From Azolla caroliniana (lineage: Eukaryota > Plantae > Polypodiophyta): a stretch of 64,000 nt of DNA. Positions 1 to 11,979 of the stretch are shown one piece after another. Made by a program: the position numbers and the translations under genes. The notes under the pieces are model-generated. The model searched no databases, was not told the DNA's origin, and worked only from the letters and a program-made list of their open reading frames with translations. Every line of letters begins with the position of its first letter. Position 1 is the stretch's first letter. The stretch lies in NCBI GenBank assembly GCA_043228905.1, contig JBHGNT010000021.1, positions 7,192,001 through 7,256,000 on the forward strand, written 5' to 3'.

Positions 1-1671
1 GCCGACAAAGACTACCTTATTGGGACAGAAGTGATTATCGAGACGGATTGCCTGCCAATTCTCGGCATGGTCTCCGGATGCGCGACACCGGACCGGGCGA
101 TGCTCAGGTGGATAGCGTACATCAAGTCCCTGGACCCGGAAATACGACACATTTCCGGAAAGGACAACGCCATGGCCGACATGCTTTCGAGGGCGAGGTT
201 TGATGACGAGGGCGGCATGGTTTCGGAGGACGAAGAAGTCGGCGTGGACTTCTTCGAGGCGGCGTACGTGACGACCGATGGGGCGAGCACTCCGGCACTT
301 AACGGCTTCGACGAGAGCAAGTACGACGGGGAGTGGCTACAGATCGGTGGTTTTTTGAGGACAATGACGCCGGATGCGTCATGGACGAGGGACGAGGCCA
401 ACCGGATCCGGAAGAAAGCATACCGATTATTTCTCCGGGACGGATACTTATGGAAGCACCCGAAGAAGAGGAACGGCGTCCCGCTCCGGGTGGTGGCGAT
501 AAGGGAAGAACAGGAGGAGCTGCTGACGGCCTACCACGACAGCCCTTGGGCTGGACACCGTGGAACGTGGGCCACGTTCGAGAAGATAAAGGGGAAGTAC
601 TGGTGGCCGGGACTGTACCAGGAGGTGCATCGGTTCGTGACAACTTGCGAGAGTTGTCAGATGCACTCCATAGTCCGACATCGGGATGAGCTTCACCCTA
701 CGTACCCTCCGACCATCCACTTCAAATGGATGGTAGATCTGGTGACGATGTCGATGGGAGTAGGACAGATGCGGTATCTGGTCCTGGCTCGGGAAGATCT
801 GACGAACCAGGTGGAGGGCCGAGCCCTTCAGAACAAAATGACCACGGCCGTATGTCGGTTCCTGATCGAGGACGTGATATGCCGGTACGGATGCGTCGGG
901 AAGATCGTGGCTGATCGCGGGGAGTTGGACGCCGAAGAGGCCGAGGAGTTGTTCGACCGGCTAGGAGTCAAGCTCTCGCTTACCACTGCGTACAATCCGG
1001 AGGCGAATGGGAAGGTGGAGCGCGGACACGGACCGATCGTCAAGGCGTTAGTTCGGGCATGCAGAGGTCAAGTCGGGAATTGGCCGCGGCTGCTGCCTTA
1101 TGCGTTGTGGGCTGACCGAACTACGCACAATTCGGTAACCGGATTCATGCCGGCAGAGCTCATGTTTGGGCAGAAGCCGATCATGCCGATGGAACGAACG
1201 ATCTCCTCATGGGCAGCCGTGGACTGGAGAGACGAGATGAGCCGGGAGGAACTGTTGGCGGCGCGCATACGACAGCTCGAGCGAAGACCGGAGGACGTGG
1301 AGCAGGCTGCGGGAAAGCTTCGGGTGGCAAGGACGAGGAACAAAGCCCGGTTCGACCGGACGCACCGGCTCCGACCAAAGAAGATCGAGGAAGGCGACTT
1401 GGTGCTAGTCTACGACAGCAGCCTCGACAACCAGCACCGAGCGACACGGAAGTTCGCAAGAAGGTGGTTCGGGCCTTACGTGGTACAAAGCGCCAACGAC
1501 AACGGGGCGTACCATCTGGCGAAACTCGACGGCACGAGAATGGCGATACCGGTAGCTGGGAAGCGGATCAAAGCGTTCAAGAAGCGTCACGACGACGAGC
1601 CGGATCCGGTTAACCTGGACCGCGACGACGAACGATCCGAAATCGAGGAAGAACCGACGGGCGGGGAATGA
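1..1671 (+). CDS. pol: Gypsy pol C-terminus: end of RNase H plus integrase, no chromodomain
   Basis: RNase H end (HISGKDNAMADMLSR), HHCC zinc finger (YHD..GHRG..CESC), DDE core (VDL, ADRG, NGKVER) and GPY module. No stops in the frame. Confidence 0.93.
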   Translation, partial: ADKDYLIGTEVIIETDCLPILGMVSGCATPDRAMLRWIAYIKSLDPEIRHISGKDNAMADMLSRARFDDEGGMVSEDEEVGVDFFEAAYVTTDGASTPALNGFDESKYDGEWLQIGGFLRTMTPDASWTRDEANRIRKKAYRLFLRDGYLWKHPKKRNGVPLRVVAIREEQEELLTAYHDSPWAGHRGTWATFEKIKGKYWWPGLYQEVHRFVTTCESCQMHSIVRHRDELHPTYPPTIHFKWMVDLVTMSMGVGQMRYLVLAREDLTNQVEGRALQNKMTTAVCRFLIEDVICRYGCVGKIVADRGELDAEEAEELFDRLGVKLSLTTAYNPEANGKVERGHGPIVKALVRACRGQVGNWPRLLPYALWADRTTHNSVTGFMPAELMFGQKPIMPMERTISSWAAVDWRDEMSREELLAARIRQLERRPEDVEQAAGKLRVARTRNKARFDRTHRLRPKKIEEGDLVLVYDSSLDNQHRATRKFARRWFGPYVVQSANDNGAYHLAKLDGTRMAIPVAGKRIKAFKKRHDDEPDPVNLDRDDERSEIEEEPTGGE

Positions 1672-2231
1672 AGGGGACCAGTTTTCTCCATCCCAACTCA
1701 ATTTGGCGCATGCCGATGGATGCGCGGTTAGGTGGGGGCGGATGTCGTGAAGAAAACCGTCCACAAGCGGAATCGGTGCACCGGAGCGTAGGAACCGGCT
1801 CTTCATGCACGTACGCCTTATGTTGTACATAAGAGAGAATTAGGTACATAGAAGATCCTAGGTAGGTAGATTCGGTAGGTAGGAAGTTAATGGGAAACGG
1901 CTCCTTTCTTGCCTATAAAAGGAGGGAGGACAAAGTGTTGTGGGGGGTCGGGCCGAAGGCTTCTCTCTCTTCCATACTCCGTAGCTTCTTCCTGTGCAGG
2001 TTTTTCGGGAGGCTCGCGCTGCTCTGAGGAATGCCCGAGTGCTTCCGGCAGCACCTCCAACCTACTCCTTTCTTTCTGAGCGTTTACGAACAGGCATCGG
2101 CATCTGTTCGCCGGCTTGTTCGGTTGTAACCGACTTCATGCTTCTTGTTGTTTGTCCTTGTTAATATATATATACATACATTCGTGTCTCTCTGCGTCGG
2201 TGTCCCACTCGCGTCTTTGTGTCGAAGGGCC

Positions 2232-5200
2232 TGTTGAAGACAAGGCCGTGTCGATGCGGAAGATCAAATAGCATTCGATTCGTGTTGAGAACCTGCGTAT
2301 GACAGTTTGCAAGATCGTGCACAGAGACAGAGAGAGAGAGAGAGAGGCACCAAAGACTTTCTATTCAATAGAAACAATAATACAACCAACCTTACAAAAA
2401 GGTTACAAGGTCACTATATATAGTGACCGACTTAGGGCAACTACCATTTATGCTAATTACACAAATGGCCCAAACTTGATCTATACAAAGGGATAGTGTG
2501 AATACGTCCATTATACACTTGTATTCGACACTCCCCCGTAATGGGCGTATACATGGGTTATCTAAGATTACAGGTATAAACCTAGGTTCTCGGACATATC
2601 AGTTTTGTTCGAGTCGGCAGGGTCCGAAGGCAGAAGACCGGACTGGTCGGGTCGGAAGAGTTGAAGCCGATCATTAAGGAACTGATGTCGGTTGTCTGAA
2701 ACCATCCTGCGCTGTGTCCGGCTCTAACCGGACTGGTTTGTCGTTACGCCCATCTGATGCCGAAGGGACCGAAAGCGGTCTGCCGAAAGACACTTGGTCA
2801 TTCCATCTGCGACATTGTCGGTTGTGGATATTTTCTCTAGACCGATTTTCCCTGAAATGACGCAGTCCCGAACGAAGTGATATCGAACGTCGATATGTTT
2901 GGAGGCGTTGTGGTGAACCGGATTTTTCGACAAGGCAACAGCACCTTGACTGTCGCTATAGACAACTAGGGCCGAGTCATGGTCGACTTGTCGAAACGTG
3001 TGCGCCAGCCGGCCGAGCCACAAAGCTTCTTTTGCAGCGTCGGACGCAGCTACATATTCTGCTTCGGTCGTTGAGGTCGCTGTGCACTCCTGAAGTTTCG
3101 ACTTCCACGAAATTGCTCCATTGCCGAATTTGAAGCAGTATCCGGTTGTTGATTTCCGACTGTCTATACAGCCGGCGAAGTCCGAGTCGGTGTAACCGAC
3201 TACGCCTGAGGTTGAGTTCGGACCGAAAAGAATGCCGTGATCTTTTGTGCCAGCCAGATATTTGAACACATGCTTGACTGCGTTCCAATGCGATCGGCCA
3301 GGATTGTGCATAAATCTGCTAACGACTCCTACGGCATGAGAGATATCAGGCCGTGTCGCGACCATCAGGTACATAAGGGAGCCGACTGCCGGTGCATACG
3401 GTACCGACTTCATATCTTCCCCCTCCGGACCGGATGTCGGGCAGTCTCGTTGAGAGAGCCGAAGATTCATGGGGAGCGGGGTTGAAGCAGATTTGGCTGA
3501 TTGCATGTTGAAGCGTTCCAAGACACGTCCGATATAGTCGGTCTGAGACAAAAAAAGATGTCGTTTGTCGCGATGCCGACTGATCTTCATGCCGAGTATG
3601 TGTCGTGCCGGACCGAGGTCCTTCATGGCAAACTTCAACCGCAGTTGCCGAATGAGATCGGCAAGTTCGCCCGCGTGGCGTCCAGAAATTAGCATGTCGT
3701 CCACGTAGATGATGAGGAAGATGGGTGATCCATCTTGAGCTGTGTTGGTAAAAAGACAATGGTCCTCATCGCTTTTTGAGAAGCAGATCGATTGGATGAA
3801 GTCGTCGAACTTCTTGTACCATTGTCGCGGTGCCTGTTTGAGGCCGTATAGACTCTTCCTGAGTCGGCAGACTAGATGTTCTTGGCCAGTTGCCACGAAG
3901 CCTTTTGGCTGTTCCATATAAATTTCCTCTTCAAGATCACCATGGAGGAAGGCTGTTTTGACATCTAGCTGAATCAGCTCCAAGTTGTCGGCTGCCACTA
4001 CGCCGAGTAGAAAACGAAGGGTTGTCATTTTCACCACTGGTGAAAAAATCTCGTCGAAGTCGACGCCATATTCTTGTCGGAAGCCCTTCGCAACTAATCT
4101 GGCCTTGTACTTTGGGGTGGTCGAATCAGACGTCTCTTTTAGTCGATAAACCCACTTGCAAGGAAGAGCACGTCGATTCTTAGGTAATTCGACCAGATCC
4201 CAAGTCTTGTTTGCCCGAATGGAGTGCATTTCCGACTCCATCGCCAGATGCCAGGTGGCTGAATCGACAGATGTCGATGCTTCTTCGTAAGACGTCGGTT
4301 CGCCGGCGTCGGTGAAGAAAATTCCAGGAGAATACCTCTCCGGAGGTTGCGACAGTCTCTCGGATCGTCGAGGTATGATTGGACTGGTCGCATCGGGTAT
4401 CGAGGTCGGATGGTCCGAAAGCGAATTATTCTGCTGTGCCGAGTCAAAGTTGTCCGAGTCGGTGGTGTAAGGTTCAGCTACCCGTGAAGCTGACCGTGTG
4501 TTAAGAGCGGGGCCTTCTTGAAGGGTCGGCACATCGGAAAATGTTACCCTTCGGACTTCGATCGGTTTTTCGACTGATGGATTCATAGCCGACTCGTTGA
4601 ACACAACGTCCGAACTTCGAACGATTTGTCTGCGTTCGGGGTCCCAGAGTCGGTATCCCATTTCGCCGTCTGATCCATATCCAAGGAAAATGCATTTCCT
4701 GGACCGAGGTGCAAGTTTTCGGCGATCATCTTTCGGAATAAGGGCGTACGCCTCGCATCCGAAGATCCTCAGCTTGTCGTAATTCGGCTTACTGCCGATC
4801 CATAGTTCCTGAGGAATTTGAAGTCCTAGAGGTCTGCTTGGCGACATATTGATTATGTGTACTGCCGTGAGTAGAGCCTCTGCCCAGAAGCCATCCGACA
4901 GTCTGGAGTGTTGGAGCATGGAAACTATCCGTTCTTGGATTGTCCGATTCATGCGTTCTGCAATCCCGTTTTGCTCCGGACTGTGTGGTGCCGTAAATTC
5001 ACGTCGGATGCCGCGTTGTCGGCAGAATTTGACAAATTCTTCTGATTTGAACTCTCCCCCATTGTCGGTCCGAAAGCATTTCAGTTTTCGGTCAGTTTGA
5101 TTTTCTACCATAGCGAGCCAATCGGAGAAGATCGAGAAGACACGATCTTTGGTGCGAATTGGATAAGCCCACACCTTTCGAGTCGAATCGTCAATAAAAC

Positions 5201-7751
5201 TGACGAAGTAAGAGGCACCGCCAAGAGACTGATGCGGCATTGGGCCACAGACGTCCGAGTGGACTAAATCGAGAGGTCTCGTTTCTCTTGGTGCTGATGT
5301 CGGGTGTGATGCGGCTGCTTGTTTGCCATACTGGCAATGTTCGCAGAATTGATGGTCGGAGAAGGAGAGTTTAGGGATGTATCCGGCTCTAGATAGGTGC
5401 GTAATGCCGGCCTTGCTGAGGTGTCCTAATCTTCTGTGCCATAGTGATGACACAGGAATATCCACCAAAAACAGGTTACCCTCTCTGAGCGTAACATGTA
5501 ACGGATACAGTGAGTGTATCTTGGGTCCTCTAGCAAGCAGGAGGTTCCCCCTGTGGAGTGTCCACCCTCCCGAAGAAAAACCGGCACGAATGCCGTCTTC
5601 ATCTAGTTGTCCGACTGAGATCAATGGCCTTGAGAGCTCGGGTACATGTCGGACATTGTGAAGTACAAGTGTAGAGCCACCTGCAAGGTTGAGCTCTACT
5701 GTGCCGATTCCAATGATGTCACAATGTTGCGAGTTGCCGACTCGAACTGAGTCGGAGTGACGGATCGTATATTGCCGAAATTGGGATCGATGAGGAGTCA
5801 CGTGAAATGACGCGCCCGAATCTAAGAGCCATGTGCTCGATTCTTCAGTCGTGAGCAGAACTTCTGATCCGACTGGATCTTCGATTGATAGTATATTCGG
5901 GTCGTTTGGTAGCACATCAGCTGAGAAGCTGACGTAATTGATCTCCTCATGCCGGCCACTCTTCTTGTCTGATTTCTGAGACTTGTCGTTCTTGTTCTTG
6001 AGTGCGCGGCAGTCGGCTTTGATGTGTCTGGGTTTCTTGCAATAGTTGCAGATTCGATTATCCCGTGACTGGCTCCGTCTTCGCTGATTGTTCGGCTGCC
6101 GTGAGGAATCTCTTCCTCGTATGTTCGATCGGTCTGTCGAACCTTGTACTACATAAGCGTCGTCTGTTGAGTCTTTGGCGAAAGACTTTCTCCGAGCTGC
6201 TTCGGTCAGGATTGCGCTCGTCACTTCGGAGTATTTAACAGCCGTGGTTGACGCGTTGCACACGGTTGTGACGAAAGTTTCCCATGATGAGGGAAGGCTG
6301 CTCATGAGTATCATTGCTCTGAGTTCATCCTCGATTGCCGTCCCCTGAGATGAGATTTGGGAGCTTATGCTTTCGTACTCATTGAGATGTGCTTGAACCG
6401 AATCTGATTCTTTCATCCGCAAGTTGTAGAGGCGCCGGATCAGAAACATCTTTGTTGCAGCGACCTTCTTTTCGTAAGTGTCCGACAGTGTTTTCCACAG
6501 TTCGAATGTTGTCGTACACGATTGCACCGTAAAGTATACCGATTCCGATAGGTGCATCCGAATCGTGGCGCGGACGATTCTGTCCAGCTTCTGCCACTCA
6601 ATTGGTTTGTATCCTTCTGGAGGTTCTTCATTTTCGATGGGATCGATTTGCCCCTTGACTATGAGATAGTCCTGCATTTGCTCCTTCCAGAAGTTGAAGT
6701 TCGATCCATCGAACTTTCGTAGACTCATTTCTGACGAGCCGGATGTTGATGCCATCAAATTTGGTTTCGGTTGACGAAGCTCGGTTCGGAGTTGACTACG
6801 AACCTTGTTGGAGTGCAGCCGGTTGGCTCACCCGATATCGTTCTAGTCGGATTTGAACCCGAGTCGGTTCGGCTTCGGATATATGTATTATTGAACTTGC
6901 TCGAATTGACTCCGGTAACTTGAGGGACAGAACCGACTGGTCTTCCCGAATGTTGCCGAGTCGGAGTGAGCCCGGTTCGCTTCCGAATATATATGCCAAA
7001 TACCGATTATTGAAACCGATTGTCTGGACCGATTCTGCTTCGGGTGACTGCAGCGATGAGAGAGACGGATCCAACTGATCCTCCCGAATGTCGATCAGCC
7101 GGATGAAGCACGAATTGGGGTTGTTGTCTTGAGACCGATCTGCACCGAGTGGTTACAATGAGCGGCGAGCAGCGTTTGATGACCTCTTCGGATGCCGTTT
7201 AACCGAGTGGAGCACGATCGTGTCAATGTTGCACAAGGGGATTTCACCTCGAGCGGTTACGATCACAAGGAACAGAGTACAACCTGCTGGCTTACTCCAA
7301 GCGAAGATGATCTAACGCGATGAGATGCAAGCCTCGTTTTTCTTCTTCTTCTCTCTTCTTCGAATGACGCAAGAAACCGAATGTTGTGCAGGCTGAGACG
7401 ACGGCCGACAGCGGGATGAAGGACCGAATACTGTGCAGGCTCTGATACCAGATGTTGAAGACAAGGCCGTGTCGATGCGGAAGATCAAATAGCATTCGAT
7501 TCGTGTTGAGAACCTGCGTATGACAGTTTGCAAGATCGTGCACAGAGACAGAGAGAGAGAGAGAGAGGCACCAAAGACTTTCTATTCAATAGAAACAATA
7601 ATACAACCAACCTTACAAAAAGGTTACAAGGTCACTATATATAGTGACCGACTTAGGGCAACTACCATTTATGCTAATTACACAAATGGCCCAAACTTGA
7701 TCTATACAAAGGGATAGTGTGAATACGTCCATTATACACTTGTATTCGACA
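2232..7751 (-). mobile_element. Full-length, apparently intact Ty1/copia retrotransposon A
   Basis: Two 299-bp LTRs (2232-2530, 7453-7751), identical by eye, with TG..CA ends. Perfect TSD GGGCC (2227-2231, 7752-7756). tRNA-iMet PBS TGGTATCAGAGCC at 7438-7450 and PPT at 2531-2540, both on the minus strand. Confidence 0.98.
2724..6755 (-). CDS. Copia gag-pol polyprotein (gag, PR, IN, RT, RH), 1343 aa
   Basis: Single uninterrupted ORF from the ATG at 6755. Motifs: CX2CX4HX4C knuckle, LLDSGAS protease, LWHRRLGH, integrase DDE, RT YVDD, RNase H (YTDSDFAG..NVADGMTK). Confidence 0.97.
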   Translation of the reverse strand: MASTSGSSEMSLRKFDGSNFNFWKEQMQDYLIVKGQIDPIENEEPPEGYKPIEWQKLDRIVRATIRMHLSESVYFTVQSCTTTFELWKTLSDTYEKKVAATKMFLIRRLYNLRMKESDSVQAHLNEYESISSQISSQGTAIEDELRAMILMSSLPSSWETFVTTVCNASTTAVKYSEVTSAILTEAARRKSFAKDSTDDAYVVQGSTDRSNIRGRDSSRQPNNQRRRSQSRDNRICNYCKKPRHIKADCRALKNKNDKSQKSDKKSGRHEEINYVSFSADVLPNDPNILSIEDPVGSEVLLTTEESSTWLLDSGASFHVTPHRSQFRQYTIRHSDSVRVGNSQHCDIIGIGTVELNLAGGSTLVLHNVRHVPELSRPLISVGQLDEDGIRAGFSSGGWTLHRGNLLLARGPKIHSLYPLHVTLREGNLFLVDIPVSSLWHRRLGHLSKAGITHLSRAGYIPKLSFSDHQFCEHCQYGKQAAASHPTSAPRETRPLDLVHSDVCGPMPHQSLGGASYFVSFIDDSTRKVWAYPIRTKDRVFSIFSDWLAMVENQTDRKLKCFRTDNGGEFKSEEFVKFCRQRGIRREFTAPHSPEQNGIAERMNRTIQERIVSMLQHSRLSDGFWAEALLTAVHIINMSPSRPLGLQIPQELWIGSKPNYDKLRIFGCEAYALIPKDDRRKLAPRSRKCIFLGYGSDGEMGYRLWDPERRQIVRSSDVVFNESAMNPSVEKPIEVRRVTFSDVPTLQEGPALNTRSASRVAEPYTTDSDNFDSAQQNNSLSDHPTSIPDATSPIIPRRSERLSQPPERYSPGIFFTDAGEPTSYEEASTSVDSATWHLAMESEMHSIRANKTWDLVELPKNRRALPCKWVYRLKETSDSTTPKYKARLVAKGFRQEYGVDFDEIFSPVVKMTTLRFLLGVVAADNLELIQLDVKTAFLHGDLEEEIYMEQPKGFVATGQEHLVCRLRKSLYGLKQAPRQWYKKFDDFIQSICFSKSDEDHCLFTNTAQDGSPIFLIIYVDDMLISGRHAGELADLIRQLRLKFAMKDLGPARHILGMKISRHRDKRHLFLSQTDYIGRVLERFNMQSAKSASTPLPMNLRLSQRDCPTSGPEGEDMKSVPYAPAVGSLMYLMVATRPDISHAVGVVSRFMHNPGRSHWNAVKHVFKYLAGTKDHGILFGPNSTSGVVGYTDSDFAGCIDSRKSTTGYCFKFGNGAISWKSKLQECTATSTTEAEYVAASDAAKEALWLGRLAHTFRQVDHDSALVVYSDSQGAVALSKNPVHHNASKHIDVRYHFVRDCVISGKIGLEKISTTDNVADGMTKCLSADRFRSLRHQMGVTTNQSG

Positions 7752-7880
7752 GGGCCGTGTCCCTGTGAATCTACGCCCACACGTAGTGGGTCCCTTCCCT
7801 TCTCCTTTGTCTCTTGCTCTTCGGTACAAGACCCCCGAGGCCCCGCCTCATTCCACGCATCCGCGAGGAATACCTCGACA

Positions 7881-8498
7881 GCATAACTGTGTACAGAGAG
7901 AGTGAGAGAGAGGAAGAGGTCATTGCCTCTGTTGTAACTGCCGCCTGTGGCGAAGATAGCAAGCTCGAGGTCGTTGCTTCGGTGCTTTACTATTGTACAT
8001 TCTGATATAGTGATAGTTTGCAGTCTGTGGGTTGTTGTGGTTTTTCCCTAGTTTGGGTTTTCCACGTTAACATCCTGTGTAATCTTCTCTTCATTGTGTC
8101 GTGCGTTCATTACCCGTTTTTCGGTGTTTTATCCTAGGCTCGGTTGTGGCCGAGCGTTGTTCATCCGGAGTGTGTGTTCTTGTCATCTTATAGGGTTTTC
8201 TTCTTGGGTTTCTTTTAGGGTTTCTATGCTTCTTTGTTTACTTATCCGGTTAGGGTTTTCTTGTAATCGTTTTGGTGCAGCCTATGCGGTCTTGGTTGTA
8301 ATCGTTCGTGGAATCTTAATATAACTTGTTATGTATCTTGCCTCCATCTATTCTATTCTATGTTTATGTGCTATTCTTCCTCTTCTCCTCTTGAGCTAAG
8401 CTTCCATTTTGTATCTTATTCCTTCTCCTCTACTCCCTAGTCCAAGACCCCCGTGGTCCCGCCTCGGATCCTACACGTACTCGCGGAATACCGCGACA
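7881..8498 (+). mobile_element. 3' part of a second gypsy-type LTR (element B), host of element A
   Basis: Ends CAAGACCCCCG..CCGCCTC..CGCGGAATACCGCGACA, clearly related to the U5 end of LTR A, and directly abuts interrupted copia coding sequence. Confidence 0.75.
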
Positions 8499-9879
8499 AC
8501 TTTCATCAGCTTCCCCTTTTGTCCGACATGGCTTAAAGGGACTTCTCCGACATGCACAATCAAGTGAGGGGTGTCGGCTCCGGTTTCGACAATCCCCGGT
8601 TGTTCCGGCTTCTCCAAAAAAGAGAACCACTCTTCATGGCTCGTCATGTGTTTGGACGCTCCGGAATCAACGTACCATACTTCCTCCAATTTGGAAGTAG
8701 TTTTCTTCATCGAGTTAGCCTTGTGCTTCATCACGAAGATTGGCCCTTTACTGGTTTTCCCAGTTCCGGATCCTTCCGATCCTTCTGCGTAGTGCAAGCT
8801 TTGCCGGTTCTCCCGACCGGTTTTGCCTGATCCGGATTTGTCCGAATCGGCACGCTTCTTCCAGCACTCGCTTTCCCTATGGCCCTTTTTGCCACAGTAC
8901 CAGCATTCCGTGTTGGCCTTTCCTTGCCAGTTCCCGATGCCGCTTTGACTCCCCCTGCTTGTGGAGGGTTCGGAACTGGTGTCGGCACCACCTCTATGCC
9001 TCCACTCCTGCTCTTGTCGGCCGCATCCATTGCTTGCAGACCCACCTCGTCCAACACGTCCATGGAGCCGATCTGCCTCTGTGTACAGCATCCAGACGTC
9101 CGATTGAGTGGTCCTTGACCCACTCGCGTGGTTTTCTTCGACCATCAGCATCGATTGCAAGTCAAAGAAAGACGGTGGTTTCTCCCGGGTGTAGATCGTA
9201 GTCTGGATTGGCCTGTACCTTTGCGCTAGACCACCGAGGCAGATTTGTACCATCTCGTCTTCATCCACCGTCACGTTGATGTACCCGAGTGCGTCTCAAA
9301 TCTCCTTTATCTTGGTGGTGTAATCCATAACCGACATGCCTCTTTGCCGGATGTTGTTCAGCTCTTGCTAGAGCTCCAACTTACGGGTTGTGGTACTCGC
9401 GGCGAAAATCTTCCTCAAATTTCCCCAGGCCTCCTTCGGCGTCTTTGCATCCTTGATGTAACCGAGCATCTGATCGTGAACACAGGACGTGAGGCAGTAC
9501 AATACTCGGCTCGCTCCTTGCTCCCATACCGGGAAGTCATTGTGTGCTGGCTCCGACGCTATCGCATTCATTCCTTCCATGAAGCTCCAATATCCATGCC
9601 CCAACAGGTACTGGTGCATCTTGTATGACCAAGACGCGTAGTTGCTCCAGTCGAGCCTCTCTGTTGGAAGTGAACTCACCATTCCTCTGTCTGTTGTTAC
9701 CGGGTTCTAGGGTTCGTCTACGGAAGCAAGTGTCGGCTGCAGAGGTTCTCAACCCTCGCACTCTAATACCATGTTAATGTAAACGTGCAGAAGCGTTAGA
9801 TAGAATTGGCTCAGCCAGATAGCAACAGAGAATAAGATGAAGGTTTAATGGAGAAGCTTAATACACAAAGAGTATACGC

Positions 9880-9920
<41 letters not shown>

Positions 9921-10227
9921 GAACATAAACTCAATTCAAAATATCACTCTAAAACTCAGTACATACAACGTGCTAAACAACACTATTTATACAAGTCCAT
10001 AAAGGACTGACAGGTACTTCAATATTCCTACGTGCGATTGACACTAACTATGAGACAATGATTACCTAGTATTCTAGGCTACTACTAGGCTTCCGGTTCC
10101 CACTCGAATTCAGCTCTCCGATCTGGCCGGTTGTTTCCGGATATCGATCAGGCTCATCCTTCCAGATGCTGATCCGGCTTAGGCGTCTTCAGCCGATCCG
10201 GATCCGGTTGAGCTTGCTTGCTCAACA
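8499..10227 (-). mobile_element. Copia element C, 5' part (5' LTR, PBS, decayed gag-protease)
   Basis: LTR 9772-10227 (TGTTGAG..TAACA on minus strand) and degenerate iMet PBS at 9761-9771. Gag/PR remnants at 8499-9682 (CWYCGKKGHRESEC, WYVDSGAS) contain stops and are similar to element E. Confidence 0.9.
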
Positions 10228-11979
10228 AGAAGCAAGCGTTGAAGCTTATGTGTGGGAGGAAGACGTCAAGCAAAGTATAGAGACAAAAGTGGATGTGTAC
10301 AACAAAGAGTCTGAGCAAAGTATGACAAGGGATGACGATGGCCAAGTGAGCCATCAAGATTCGAAGAATGTGATCAAAACATCTAGCAAAGACGCTAGTG
10401 TGAAGATTTTCAACTCTAACATGAGATTGTATCATGAAACTGGACAAAGTGAGAAATACAAAGCATGGTCGCGTAAGGATCTCAAAGTGGGCATGCACTT
10501 GAAGATACTACATGGGGTAGTCAATGTCATTATTCAGATAAAGGCTTGGGGAGAAAGACACACACAAAAAAATGTGTGATGGGTCAAAGTGCATTGATCA
10601 AGGAGACGATCGGGACAAAGGTGGAACATGCATAAATCTTAAACAGTTATGTTCGGAAGGAGAACAAGGGGCCATGACAATTGATCATGGTAAATCAAAG
10701 AAAAAGCGAATGATATGGTGGATTGGGTGGCAACAATGATTCGAGTGACAAAAATGGACATGCTCAAAATGGAGGAATCGTACTGATCACCATAGCCGAA
10801 ATCTCACACTCTCTCTTCTTGGCAAGTATCAGAGGACGTGCGATTTGGTGGGGGTGCATGTCGTGAAGATTTTCGGCAATGGTGTGAAAAATTGCGAGGA
10901 ACATACAAAATCGAGTGTAGTTCTTTCGACACGATATGAAACAATAATAGTAAAGATATTATTTTAGATTAGTTTAGTATCTTGGTACGAAAAGATGAAT
11001 GTCTTCAAGAGCTTCCGAATATACTTTACTACATTTGAAACAGACAACTAAATGTCAAGTTATGTGAATGTGAAGTTTGAAAAGAAGAAGAGAAAAACAA
11101 AACTATGAGATATCCCACATAGATAGGACAAATCAAGATCCCACAGTATATAAGAAGAGCCAGAACTTATTACTTTTTGTTAATGTGTGGTGCACATAAT
11201 GTTCTTGGGCTAAATTGTGGCTTAACTACTCGTAATGGTTTTGGAGGACCGAACCGGACGGACGGCTACAGAACCGAAATGGACAGACGACGACAAAACC
11301 GAAACCGGACCGGATGGTCCGGATAGACGGATCGATCAGATAGGTTGATCGCGACGATTTCGGTGTGAAACGAAATCATCTAGACTAAATAACCAAGTAA
11401 AAATTTGTAATCAAAGGGATGCAAACAAGGCTTGAACCTTGCACCTCCAAGAGAGGCAATAAACTTACCACTAAGCCAAGTTATTTCTTTAAAAATATTT
11501 TTTCTATCATTATACTTTCTCATATTAGAGCTTGAATGAGTGACATGGTTATCATGCATCACATGTAATGCATGAGCGCCAAATGGCAAACATGCATCAC
11601 ATGCATTCCATGCATTGTATGCATGTCTTGTACCCTCACATGTATCATATGCATGGGGGCATCTATAAAAGAGTGGATGAAAAAGATCAAAAAGGGGAGA
11701 TATGCATGAATCAAGAATTTAATAAGAAGAAAATTCGTTATCCAATTGATGATATATCTTGTTCTTCAAATCTAAAGTCAAGAGTTCAATCTTAATCTCT
11801 CTCTCCATTTCAATCTTTCTCAATCTGTTTCAAAATTGGAATCTTAATCTTAATCAATCTCTCTCAATCTATCTTAAATCCTTTCCCTCTAAAGCTAGTG
11901 CAAACTTCGAATCCTTCCTGTCCAGGACCTCGATGGTTCCGCCTCACGATCTGCACATAGTGACGGATTTTTCACGACA
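10228..11979 (+). mobile_element. 3' end of gypsy-type element D (internal remnant, PPT, 1121-bp LTR)
   Basis: PPT-like GGTGGGGGTGCA at 10847-10858. LTR 10859-11979 has a 9-bp terminal inverted repeat TGTCGTGAA/TTCACGACA, the same start as LTR A and a related U5 motif. The internal part is not recognisably integrase. Confidence 0.75.

Larger units (their letters stand above)
1..7880 (+). mobile_element. Ty3/gypsy LTR retrotransposon A, non-chromoviral, 3' part (5' end outside window); 3' LTR interrupted by copia A
   Basis: Pol ORF ends at 1671. PPT AGGTGGGGGCGGA at 1730-1742. The LTR starts TGTCG at 1743, has a TATA box near 1913, is split at 2232-7756 and ends CGACA at 7880 (about 613 bp net). 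Confidence 0.9.

Noticed and set aside
12-1830. Many overlapping antisense and alternate-frame ORFs over gypsy pol (likewise over the other elements)
   Set aside because: Shadow ORFs of GC-rich retroelement coding sequence with no recognisable motifs.
2299-2496. 65-aa ORF duplicated at 7520-7717
   Set aside because: It is a translation of the identical LTRs and includes a GA microsatellite.
10166-10579. 137-aa ORF
   Set aside because: It is a chimera spanning the copia C LTR junction and element D internal DNA, with no recognisable domain.
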